From positions 1 through 28,207 of the forward strand of contig JBFMGU010000139.1 of the NCBI GenBank assembly GCA_040752415.1: 28,207 nucleotides of DNA, written 5' to 3'. Shown piece by piece: positions 1 through 11,600 of this stretch (position 1 is its first letter; each line of letters starts with the position of its first letter). Both the position numbers and the translations under genes were made by a program. The notes beneath the pieces were generated by a model. It saw only the letters and a program-made list of their open reading frames with translations. It was not told the DNA's origin and did not search any database. This DNA comes from Myxococcota bacterium. GTDB lineage: Bacteria; Myxococcota; JACRCW01.

Positions 1-1323
1 CAACCCGCCGCCGCGCCCACCGGCAACACCAACGTCGGCCCCGCGCCCGCGCGCACCGCGACGGGAACCACCAGCGTGGGACCCGCGCCCAAGCGGGGCG
101 GCGGCCTGGAGCTTTTGCCGCGCCTCGAGGCCGCGCCCGAGCCTCCGCCACCGCCTCCCCCCGTCGCCGCGGAGTCGTTGGACCTCATGCTGGAGCCGGT
201 GGACGCCGCCCCGGAGCCGCCCAGCAAGCAGGAGGTGTCCGAGCTGTTCGCGCTGATGCAGAACCAGGCGGATCCCAAGGAGGAGATGGAGCTGTACCTG
301 CGCGTGGCGTCGGAGATGGGCGTCAGCGACCTGCACCTCCACGCCGATTGCAGCCTGTACGTGCGCACCAACGCCGAGCTCACCGAGCAGAAGACCGACC
401 GCCTGGACGCCGCACGCCTGGAGGCCCTGGTCCGCGCCATCCTCACCGACGAGCAGAAGCGCGTCCTCGACGAGAAGGGCGAGGTCGACTTCGCCTACAC
501 GCTGCCCGGGGTCGCGCGCTACCGCGCCAACGCCTACAAGCAGCAGCGCGGCCTGGACGCCGTGTTCCGCTACATCCCCCCGGAGCCGCCCTCGCTCACC
601 GACCTGGGCCTGCAGAACCAGCTTGCCCCGGCGCTGGGCTACCGCAACGGTCTGGTGCTCTTCACCGGGCCCAGCGGCTGCGGCAAGTCCACCACGCTGG
701 CGGCGGTGGTGCGTCACATCAACGAGAAGCGCACCGACCACATCATCACCATCGAGGATCCCATCGAGTTCGTGCACAAGCCCAGGCTGTGCGCCATCAA
801 CCAGCGCCAGGTGGGCGCGCACACGGAGTCCTATCCCCGCGCCCTGCGCGGTGCGCTGCGGGAGGACCCCGACGTCATCGTGGTGGGGGAGCTGCGGGAC
901 TTCGAGTCGATTAGCCTGGCCATGAGCGCCGCGGAGACCGGTCACCTGGTGCTGGGCACGCTCACCACCGCCAACGCCACCGGCACGGTGAACCGGCTCA
1001 TCAACGCGTATCCCTCCGCGCAGCAGAACCAGGCGCGCGGCATGCTCAGTGAGTCGCTGCGCGCGGTGATCAGCCAGCGCCTGTGCACCAATGCCGACGG
1101 GAAGAAGCGCGTGGTCGCGGCGGAGGTGCTCCTGGTCAACAAGGCAGTGAGCAACATGATCCGCGAGAACAAGACCACCCAGATCCGCACCATCCTGCAG
1201 ACCAGCGCCTCCGAGGGCATGTGCCTGTTGGACAACGCGCTGGCGGTGCTGGTGCAGTCCGGCACCATCACCAAGGCGGAAGCGGCGCGCTACGCCGAGG
1301 AGCCCAAGCGTTTCGCCGGCTGA
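1..1323 (+). CDS. pilT: PilT/PilU-family type IV pilus retraction-type ATPase with a Pro-rich N-terminal extension (5'-partial)
   Basis: Frame is open from base 1. Motifs: SDLHL, RYRANAY, Walker A GPSGCGKST, Asp box TIEDPIE, REDPDVIVVGELRD (Walker B), AETGHLV, and AVSNMIRE (AIRNLIRE-like). The symbol denotes the family; orthology to the main pilT is not established. Confidence 0.92.
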   Translation, partial: QPAAAPTGNTNVGPAPARTATGTTSVGPAPKRGGGLELLPRLEAAPEPPPPPPPVAAESLDLMLEPVDAAPEPPSKQEVSELFALMQNQADPKEEMELYLRVASEMGVSDLHLHADCSLYVRTNAELTEQKTDRLDAARLEALVRAILTDEQKRVLDEKGEVDFAYTLPGVARYRANAYKQQRGLDAVFRYIPPEPPSLTDLGLQNQLAPALGYRNGLVLFTGPSGCGKSTTLAAVVRHINEKRTDHIITIEDPIEFVHKPRLCAINQRQVGAHTESYPRALRGALREDPDVIVVGELRDFESISLAMSAAETGHLVLGTLTTANATGTVNRLINAYPSAQQNQARGMLSESLRAVISQRLCTNADGKKRVVAAEVLLVNKAVSNMIRENKTTQIRTILQTSASEGMCLLDNALAVLVQSGTITKAEAARYAEEPKRFAG

Positions 1324-1330
1324 GGAGGAG
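1323..1330 (+). promoter_or_regulatory. Shine-Dalgarno sequence for the second PilT-family gene
   Basis: AGGAGGAG overlaps the last base of the upstream TGA and lies 4 nt before GTG at 1335. Confidence 0.8.
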
Positions 1331-1334
1331 CACC

Positions 1335-2387
1335 GTGGCCAAGATCGACACCCTGCTGCGCGCCATGGACGCCCGCAAAGGCTCCGACCTCCACCTGGCC
1401 GCCGGGCAGCCGCCACGCATGCGGGTCCGCGGTGAGCTGGTGAACGTGGAGGCGCTCTCCGCCATGGATGACGTGGCGGTGGGCCAGATGCTCTACGAGA
1501 TCTGCCCGCCCGACCTCTGGAAGCACTATGACATTAGCCCGGACATAGACTTTGCCTATGCACTCCCCGGCGTGGGCCGCTTCCGCGTCAACTGCTTCCG
1601 CCAGGAGAACGGCCGCGGCGCGGTGGTGCGCCTCATCCCGGAGCGCATTGTCCCGCTGGAGGAGCTGGGGATGCCCGCCGCCGTGGAGAGCCTGGCCCAC
1701 GCGCGCAGTGGCCTGGTGCTGATCACCGGCGCCACCGGCAGCGGCAAGAGCACCACCGCCGCCTCCATCATCGACAAGATCAACCGCACCTACGCGCGCC
1801 ACATCGTCACCATCGAAGATCCCATCGAGTTCGTGCATCCCAACAAGAAGAGCATCTTCAGTCACCGGGAAGTGGGACGACATACCGGCGGCTTCGGCCC
1901 CGCGCTGCGCGCCGCGTTGCGCCAGAACGCCGACGTGGTGCTGGTGGGTGAGCTGCGCGACCAGGAGACGGTGCGGCTGGCGCTCTCCGCCGCGGAGATG
2001 GGCCTGCTGGTCTTTGGCACCGTGCACACCAACAGCGCGCCCAAGGCCATTGACCGCATCCTGGACATCTTCCCCGCCGAGGAGCAGGCCCAGGCGCGCC
2101 TCACGCTCTCGGAATGCCTCACCGGCGTGCTCAACCAGGTCCTCGTCAAGTCCGCCGACGGCAAGGGCCGCGTCTGCGCCGTGGAGATCCTGCTGCGCAC
2201 GCCCGCCCTCCCCAACCTCATCCGGGAAGGCACGCCCGCCATGCTCTACTCCGCCATGCAGTCGGGGAAGGCCCAGGGCATGCAGACCATGGACATGTCC
2301 CTGCGTGAGCTCGTCGACGCCGGGCGTATCACCCGCGAAGACGCCTTGTGGCGCGCCACCGACAAGGGCCTGTTCGGCGCAGCGTGA
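1335..2387 (+). CDS. pilT: Second PilT/PilU-family ATPase (~350 aa)
   Basis: GTG start after a strong RBS (MAKIDTLL, typical PilT N-terminus). Motifs: GSDLHL, GRFRVN, Walker A GATGSGKST, TIEDPIE, DVVLVGELRD, GTVHT, ALPNLIRE, GMQTMD. The ORF-track start at 1083 overlaps the upstream gene and is unlikely. Confidence 0.93.
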   Translation: MAKIDTLLRAMDARKGSDLHLAAGQPPRMRVRGELVNVEALSAMDDVAVGQMLYEICPPDLWKHYDISPDIDFAYALPGVGRFRVNCFRQENGRGAVVRLIPERIVPLEELGMPAAVESLAHARSGLVLITGATGSGKSTTAASIIDKINRTYARHIVTIEDPIEFVHPNKKSIFSHREVGRHTGGFGPALRAALRQNADVVLVGELRDQETVRLALSAAEMGLLVFGTVHTNSAPKAIDRILDIFPAEEQAQARLTLSECLTGVLNQVLVKSADGKGRVCAVEILLRTPALPNLIREGTPAMLYSAMQSGKAQGMQTMDMSLRELVDAGRITREDALWRATDKGLFGAA

Positions 2388-2665
2388 CCACGCTCACAAG
2401 CGTCCCCGGCGCTGTCCGGAAGGGGCCCACATCAGGGTTGTGCCTTTCTTGCTGCCCGGCTCGGGCGCCTGCTATCCCACCCTCTCATTGACGGATGGTG
2501 ACGTCGGGCGGGGGCGGCCGGCGCCTCCGGTTTTCTCGCTGGAAGACAGCGCGTGAGCCAGGATCCGGCCATGGAATGTCGCGTGGGGTTGGCGGGGCGC
2601 GGGGTGGTGACGCGAGGTGAGCCGGCCCACGGGATGACGACGTGGGTCTGCAAGAAGGAGCTGGA

Positions 2666-5600
2666 ATGAACATGTCACGCTGGCGTCCAGGTGCGCTCGG
2701 ATTGCTCGTGGTGCTGGGGTGCTCCCAGTCCCATGAAGCGGCGCCGGTCACCTCGGCCCTCACGTCGTCGGCTACCACCGCCGCGCTGGACCAGTCGGAC
2801 TGTCCCGGCGGGTACAACGTCATCCTCGGTACCTCCGGGGACGACACGCTGAATGGCACCAGCGGCCAGGACTGCATTGTGGGCCTGGGCGGCAATGACA
2901 CCATCAACGCCGGCGACGGGAACGACTTCATCATTGGCGGTGACGGCGACGACAACATCAACGCGGGCGGCGGCAATGACACGGTCTACGGCGAGGCGGG
3001 CAACGACACCCTGACCCTGGGCGACGGGAACGACACCGCCGACGCCGGCGACGGCAACGACACCATCACCGCCGGCAACGGCGACGACACCATCAACGGC
3101 GGCGCGGGCGACGACACCGTCACCGGCGGCAACGGCAATGACACCGTCAACGGTGGAGACGGCAACGACACCATCACCGGCGACGACGGGAACGACATCA
3201 TCAACGGCGGCGCCGGCAACGACACCATCTCCGGCGGCCTCGCCAATGACACGCTGAATGGTGATTCCGGCAATGACATCATCGACGCCGGCACCGGCAG
3301 CAACAGCGTCAACGGCGGCGCGGATGTGGATGCCTGCAGCGGCACCAACTGCGAGAACGGCAACTGCGGCAACGGCGTGATCGACGACGGGGAGGCCTGC
3401 GACGACGGCAACTTCATCAACGGGGACGGCTGCAACGCCAACTGCGCGCCCGCGGCCTGCGTGAGCACCGCGCGCCCCAGCCAGACCTTTGCCACGGGGA
3501 GCTACATCATCCCCATGGACACCACCTACCAGGACTACGGCATGTTGCGCGCCTTCGGCCTGCTCAACCGGCTGCTGCGCAACAACATCACCGTGTACTG
3601 GATTGTCCGGGTGGGGAAGGCACACGGCTCGCCGGACTTCATTGCCAGCTCCACCGACGTGGAATCCGGCGCCACCATCACCAACCACGGCTACCGCGGC
3701 GGTCCCTTCGTGGTGGATTCCGCCAACGCCGCCGCGGCGCAGCCCATCATCAACGCCTGGCTGGCCTCCGACACGGTGACGGTGGTGCACCGGGCCAGCG
3801 CGTCGTTCACCGCGGAGGTGGCGCGCACGTTGACCGCCGCGCCGCGCATTGGCGTGTTCGCCGACGCCAACGAGCTCATTGCCTTCGAGTTCCTCAACGC
3901 CGCCGGCGTCACCGACAGCCTGGACAACGCCTGGCCCACCGCGGCACAGGTGCCGCCCACCTACAGCGGCTGGCCCGACGTGCTGGACCCCACCGAGATG
4001 GGTGGTCCCACCACCACCAGCCACTCCGACGGTGCGCTCTTCCTCGGCAACCTGCCCGCCTACTGCCAGCTCACCTCCATGCACTACGACGCGTCCGACG
4101 CGGAGTCGGTGGCGGAGATCCGTTCCTGGCTGGACCTGGGCCCGCTCACCCACGCTTTCATGGAGTGCATTGCCGCGGAGTACTTCGAGGACCACGCCAC
4201 CTACGGCTTCTTCCTCTCCACCGGCGGCCTCGAGGACACCAACAAGGCCGACCCCACCGCCAACCAGTGCCCCGACGAGCCGTTCTCCCAGTACGACGGA
4301 GACTGGGAGGTCCACCCCGGCACCATGGACGGTCTGAAGCTGAAGACCGGCAGCAGCCTGCGCGCCAACAGCCGCGGGCTCATCACCGAGCGCGGCAACA
4401 CCAGCACCATGGCGTGGATCACCGGTTATCTCGACGGGAGCACCAACAACGGCAAGGTCACCTACCTGGCGGGTCACCAGTACACCACCATCGTGCCCAT
4501 CACCGCCAACCCGCGCACCAACGGCGTGCGCTTGTTCCTCAACAGCCTGTTCGAGTCGCCGTGCGTGACACCGTCGGGGCAGGCCAATCTCACGCTCACC
4601 AAGAGCGCACCCAGCTACACCAACGGCACCCAGATCACGTTTGATCTCAGCTACAGCAACGCCGGTCCCGGCGCGGCGCTGAGCGCGGTGCTGAGTGACA
4701 CCGTCCCGGCAGGCACCACGTTCGTCTCCGCCACCGGCGGCGGCACGCTGAGCGGCGGCGCGGTCACCTGGAACCTGGGCACGCTGCCCAGCGGCGCCAG
4801 TGGCACGGTGAGCTTCACGGTGAGCGTCTCCGTCGACGGCACGTACAACAACAGCGCCACGTTGACCTACCAGGAGAACCTCACCGTCAAGACCATCACC
4901 AGCAACACCACCTCCACGGTGCGGGACACGGTCCTGCCCGACACCTTCGTCGACTCCGGGCCCGCCAACCCCACCGACGCCACCAGCGCCACGTTCACCT
5001 TCAGCGCCGACGAGCCCGAGCTCCGCTTTGAGTGCAGCGTCGACAGCGGCGCATTCTTCACCTGCACCTCCGGTTACACGGTGGGCTCGCTGGCGCTGGG
5101 CACGCACACCTTCGACGTGCGCGCGGTGGACCTCGCCGGCAACACGGACTCCTCCCCCGCGCGACACACCTGGCGCGTCAACGCCACGCCGGTGGCCGCC
5201 AATGATTCCGCCACCACCAACGAGGACACCGCGGTCACCACCACCGTGCTCGCCAATGACACGGGCCTCGGCGACACGCCGCTCACCGTCACCGTGATCA
5301 CCGCGCCCACCAACGGCTCCGCGGTGGTCAATGCCGGCAACACCATCACGTACACGCCCGCGGCCAACTACTTCGGTTCCGACAGCTACGTGTACCGCAT
5401 CGTCGACAACGACGGGCAGAGCACCACCGCCACCGTGTCCATCACCGTCAACTCGGTGAACGACGTCCCCGACGCCATCAATGACACGGCCACCACCAAC
5501 GAGGACACCGCGGTGACCACCAGCGTGCTGGCGAATGACACCGGGCTGGGCGACGGGAGCATTACGGTCACCATCGTCACGGCGCCCACGCGCGGCTCGG

Positions 5601-8600
5601 TGGTGGTCAACGCGGGCAACACCATCACGTACACACCCACCGCCGACCTCAACGGCGCGGACAGCTATGTCTACCGCGTCACCGACGTGAACGGCGACTC
5701 CGACACCGCCACGGTGAGCGTCACGGTCAACGCCGTCGATGATCTGCCGGTGGCCAACAACGACGCCGCCACCACCAACGAGGACACCGCGGTCACCACC
5801 AGCGTGCTGGGGAATGACACCGGCCTGGGCGACGGCGGACTCGTGGTCACCATCGTCACGGCGCCCACGCGCGGCTCGGTGGTGGTCAACGCGGGCAACA
5901 CCATCACGTACACGCCCACCGCCAACCTCAACGGCGCGGACAGCTATGTCTACCGTGTCACCGACGCCGACGGGGACAGCGCCACCGCCACCGTCAGTGT
6001 CACCGTCAACGCCGTCAACGACACGCCCAACGCCATCGACGACAGCGCGTCGACCAACGAGGACACCGCGGTGACCGTCAACGTGCTCGCCAATGACGTC
6101 GGCGCGGTGGACGGCACCATCACCGTCACCATCGTGACCGTGCCCAGCAACGGGTCCGCGGTGGTCAACGCGGGCAACACCATCACGTACACGCCCAACG
6201 CCAACTTCTTCGGCGCCGACAGCCTCGTCTACCGCGTCACGGATGGCGACGGGGAGAATGACACCGCCACCGTTTCCATCACCGTGAACAGCGTGGATGA
6301 CCAGCCCGTGGCGGTGAACGACGCGGCCACCACCAACGAGGACACCGCGGTCACCACCACCGTGCTGAGCAATGACACCGGCCTCGGCGACGGGAGCCTG
6401 ACGGTCACCATCGTTACCTCACCCACGCGCGGCTCGGTGGTGGTCAACGCCGGCAACACCATCACGTATACGCCCAGCGCCGACCTCAACGGCGCGGACA
6501 GCTACGTCTACCGCGTCACCGATGGCGACGGAGACAGCGCCACCGCCACCGTCAGTGTCACCGTCAACGCCGTCAACGACGTTCCCGTCGCCGTCAATGA
6601 CACGGTCACCACCAACGAGGACACCGCCGTGGCCACCACGGTGCTCGCCAACGACACCGGCATTGGCGACACGCCGCTCACCGTCACCGTCGTCACCGCG
6701 CCGACCAACGGGTCCACGTCGGTGGCGGGCAACGTGGTCACCTATACGCCGGCCGCGGACTACAACGGCGCGGACAGCTACGTGTACCGCGTCACCGACG
6801 GCAACGGAGAGAGCGCCACCGCCACGGTGGGTGTCACCATCAACGCTGTCGACGACCAGCCCGTGGCGGCCAATGACAGCGGGTCCACCAACGAGGACAC
6901 CGCGGTCACCGTCACCGTCCTCACCAATGACACGGGCCTGGGTGACCGGCCGCTCACCATCACTGTCGTCGGTGCGCCGTCCAATGGCTCCGCGGTCGTC
7001 AACGCGGGAAACACCATCACGTACACGCCTTCGGCCAACTTCTTCGGCTCGGACTCCCTCCGCTACCGCGTCACCGACGCCGACGGTGATTTCGCGGAAG
7101 CCGATGTCGCCCTCACGGTGAACGCCGTCAATGACACGCCCGTGGCCGCGGCCGACACCGCCACCACCAACGAAGACACCGCGGTCACCACCAGCGTGCT
7201 CACCAATGACACCGGTCTCGGCGACACGCCTGTCACCGTCAGCGTCACCACGGCGCCCACCCGCGGCAGCACCGTGGTCAACGCCGACAACACCGTCACC
7301 TACACCCCCAACGCCGACGTCAACGGCGCCGACAGCTACAGCTACCGCGTCACCGACGTCGACGGGCAGAACTCCACCGCCACGGTGACGGTCACCATCA
7401 ACGCCGTGAACGATGTCCCGTCGGCGGTGAATGACAGTGCCACCACCAACGAGGACACCGCGGTCACCGTCACCGTGCTCGCCAATGACACCGGGATCGG
7501 TGACACGCCGCTGACCGTGACGGTGCAGAGTGGTCCCTCGCGTGGCAGCGCGGTGGTCAACGCCGGCAACACCATCACGTACACGCCCAACGCCAACATC
7601 AACGGCGCGGACAGCTTCACCTACCAGGTCCGCGACGCCGACGGTCAGACCTCGACGGCGACCGTGAATGTCACCATCAACGCGGTGAACGACACGCCGG
7701 CAGCAGTGAACGACACGGCCACCACCAACGAGGACACCGCGGTCACCACCAGCGTGCTCGCCAACGACACCGGGCTGGGGGACACGCCGCTCACCGTCAC
7801 CGTCGTCACCGCGCCCACGCGCGGCAACACCGTTGTCAACGCCGACAACACCGTCACGTACACCCCCAACGCCAACATCAACGGCGCGGACTCCTACGTT
7901 TACGAGGTGCGCGACGCCGACGGGCAGACGTCGACCGCGACGGTGAATGTCACCATCAACGCGGTGAACGACACGCCGTCCGCCGTGGCGGATGCGGACG
8001 CGGTGAATGAGGACAGCTCGGTCACCACCGCCGTGCTCACCAATGACAGCGGGCTCGGCGACACGCCGCTGACGGTGAGCATCGCCACAACACCCAGCAA
8101 CGGCAGCGCGGTGGCCAACGCCGACAACACCGTCACGTACACGCCGTCGGCAAACTTCAACGGCACCGACAGCTACGTCTACCGCGTGCGTGACACCGAC
8201 GGACAGACCTCCACCGCCACGGTCACCATCACCGTCAACGCCGTGAACGACACGCCCGCCGCCGTGAATGATTCCGCTTCCGTCAACGAGGACAGCCCGG
8301 TGACCACCACCGTGCTCGTCAACGACACCGGGCTCGGCGACACACCGGTGACGGTCACCATCGTGACGAACGGCGCCAACGGGACCGCGGTGGTGAACGC
8401 GGGCAACACCGTCACGTACACGCCCGTTGCCAACTTCAACGGCACGGACAGCTACACCTACCGTGTCACCGACGCCGACGGGCAGACCTCCGACGCCACG
8501 GTGAGCGTCACGGTCAACGGCGTCAACGACACGCCAGTGGCCGTGGCCGACGCCGCGACAACCAACGAGGACACCGCGGTGACCACCACCGTGCTGGCCA

Positions 8601-11600
8601 ATGACACCGGCCTCGGCGACACACCGCTCAGTGTCACCATCGTCACCAACGGAACGAACGGGACCGCGGTGGTGAACGCGGGCAACACCGTCACGTACAC
8701 GCCCTCTGTCAACTTCAACGGCACGGACAGCTATACCTATCGCGTCACCGACGTCGACGGGCAGAGCGCCACCGCCACGGTCACCGTCACCATCAATGCG
8801 GTGAACGACACCCCCTCCGCCGTCAATGACAGCGCCACGACGAACGAGGACACCGCGGTCACCACCAGCGTGCTCACCAATGACACCGGGCTCGGCGACA
8901 CGCCGGTGACGGTCACCATCGTGACGAATGGCGCCAGCGGGACCGCCGTGGTGAACGCGGGCAACACCGTGACGTACACGCCCTCCGCCAACTTCTTCGG
9001 CAGCGACAGCTACATCTACCGCGTCACCGACGCCGACGGGCAGACCTCCGACGCCACTGTCTCGGTCACCGTCAACGCCGTGGATGACCAGCCGGTGGCG
9101 GTGAACGACGCGGCGGGAACCAACGAGGACACCGCGGTGACCACCACCGTGCTGGCCAATGACACCGCGCTGGGCGACACCCCGCTCAGTGTCACCATCG
9201 TCACCAACGGAACGAACGGGACCGCGGTGGTGAACGCGGGCAACACCGTGACCTACACGCCCGCGGCCAACTTCAACGGCACGGACAGCTACACCTATCG
9301 CGTCACGGACGTCGACGGAGACAGCGCCACGGCTACCGTCAACGTCACCATCAACGCGGTGAATGACACGCCCGCTGCCGTCAACGACACTGCGAGTGTC
9401 AACGAGGACAGCTCGGTCACCACCACCGTGCTCGCCAATGACACCGGCCTGGGGGATGCGCCTGTCGCCGTGAGCGTGACCGGCGCGCCGGCCAACGGAG
9501 CCACCGTCGTCAACGCCGACAACACCGTGACCTACACGCCCAACGCCGACTTCAACGGCGCGGACAGCTACACCTACCGGGTCACCGACAACGACGGGCA
9601 GTCATCCACCGCCACCGTCAACATCACGGTCAACGGTACCGACGACACGCCCAACGCCACCAACGACAACGGCACGTGCAACGAGAACGGCTTCGCCATC
9701 CTCAACGTGCTGAGCAACGACACGGGGCTGGGCGACACCCCGGTGACGTTGTCGGTGGTGGTTGACGCGCTCAATGGCGCGGCCACGGTCAATCCCGACA
9801 ACACCATCCGCTACACGCCCAACGCCTCCTACAACGGACCGGATACGTTCACCTACCAGGTTGCCGACGCCGACGGCGACAGCGACCTGGCCGTGGTGTT
9901 CGTCACCGTGGATTCCGTCGACGACGTGCCAGTGGCAGTCAATGACGCTGCATCGGTTGCGGAGGACGCGTTCGTCACCACCGACGTGCTCAGCAATGAC
10001 AGCGGCCTCGGGGACACGCCCATCTCGGTCAGCATCCGGACTCCGCCGGCCAACGGCACCGCGGTGGTGAACGCCGACCAGACCGTGCGCTACACGCCCA
10101 ACGCCAACTTCAACGGCGCGGACAGCTACGTCTACCGCATCACCGACAGCGACGGAGACACCGCCGACGCCACCGTGGCCGTCAACGTCTCCGCGGTGAA
10201 CGACACCCCGGTGGCCAACAATGACAGCGCCACCGTTGCGGAGGATGGCTCCGTCACCACCAGCGTGCTGCTCAACGATACCGGTCTGGGTGACGCGCCC
10301 GTCGTCGTCACGGTGGCCAGCGTGCCCGCCAACGGGTCCGCGGTGGTGAATGCCGACAACACCGTGACCTACACACCGGCGGCCAACTTCTTCGGCTCGG
10401 ATTCCTTCACCTATCGCGTCACCGACGTTGACGATCAGCAAGCCACCGCCACGGTCAGCATCACGGTCACCCCGGCCAACGACGTCCCGGTGGCGCTCGA
10501 TGACACCGACACCACCGACGAGGACACCGCGGTCACCACCACCGTGCTCACCAATGACACCGGGCTCGGAGATGCGCCGGTCACCGTGACCATCACCGTG
10601 GCACCCACGCGGGGAACGGCCGTGGTGAATGCGGACAACACCGTGACCTACACGCCCGACCCGCAGACCAGCGGCAACGACTCCTATGATTACGAAGTCA
10701 GCGACGTCGATGGCGAGACCTCCACCGCCACGGTTTCCATCACCGTCAATGCCATCAACGACACGCCGGTGGCCGCGGCGGACACCGGGAACACGTCGGA
10801 GGATGTCGCGCTGATCGTGGATGTGCTGGTCAATGACACCGGCACGGGGGACACGCCGCTGCAGGTGGTTGCCACGTCGCCGGCCAACGGAACCGCGGTG
10901 GTCCTGGCGGACAATCGCATCCGCTACACGCCGCGCGCGGACTTCAACGGCGTCGACACGTTCCAGTACACCGTCACCGACCAGGACAACCAGGCCAGCA
11001 GCGCCGACGTGACGGTCACGGTTGCCGCGGTGAATGACACGCCCGTGGCCACCGCCGACAGCGCCACCACCGACGAGGATGTCTCCGTCACGGTGCAGGT
11101 GCTCGTGAACGACGTGGGCCTCGGTGATGCACCGGTCGTCGTGTCCGTGGGCACGCCTCCTGCCAACGGCGCGGTGGTGGTCAACGTCGACAACTCCATC
11201 ACCTACACGCCCGGGGCGGACAACGTGGGCTTGGACTCGTTCGTCTACGTCGTCACCGACGATGACGGAGAGACGGCGTCCGCCTCCGTGGACCTCACCA
11301 TCAACCCGATCAATGACACGCCGGTGGCCACCAACGACGTCGACGCGGTGCCGGAGGAAGGCACGGTCACCACCGCGGTGCTCGCCAATGACTCGGGTCT
11401 CGGCGACCAGCCGGTTCTCGTCAGCATCACGACGCCGCCCGCCGTCGGCAGCGCGGTGGTCAACGGCGACAACACCGTGACCTTCACCGCCCCCGCCAAC
11501 TTCAACGGCCAGGTCACGTACACCTACGAGGTGCGCGACTCCGACGGTGAGCTGGCGAGCGCCCAGGTGACCGTCGACGTGGGAGCCGTGGATGACGTCC

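Noticed and set aside
1083..1334. N-terminal extension of the second PilT given in the ORF track
   Set aside because: It overlaps the first gene out of frame; the strong RBS and PilT-like N-terminus place the start at 1335.
1520..1565. Short patch of AT-richer codons (TAT, ATT, ATA, TTT) in the second PilT
   Set aside because: Too short to indicate horizontal transfer, and the protein sequence there (DIDFAY) is normal for PilT.
2388..2665. Riboswitch or clear promoter upstream of the giant gene
   Set aside because: No c-di-GMP or other riboswitch consensus recognised; only a weak TTGCTG-N18-TATCCC match (2449-2478) and no correctly spaced sigma54 GG-N10-GC site found.
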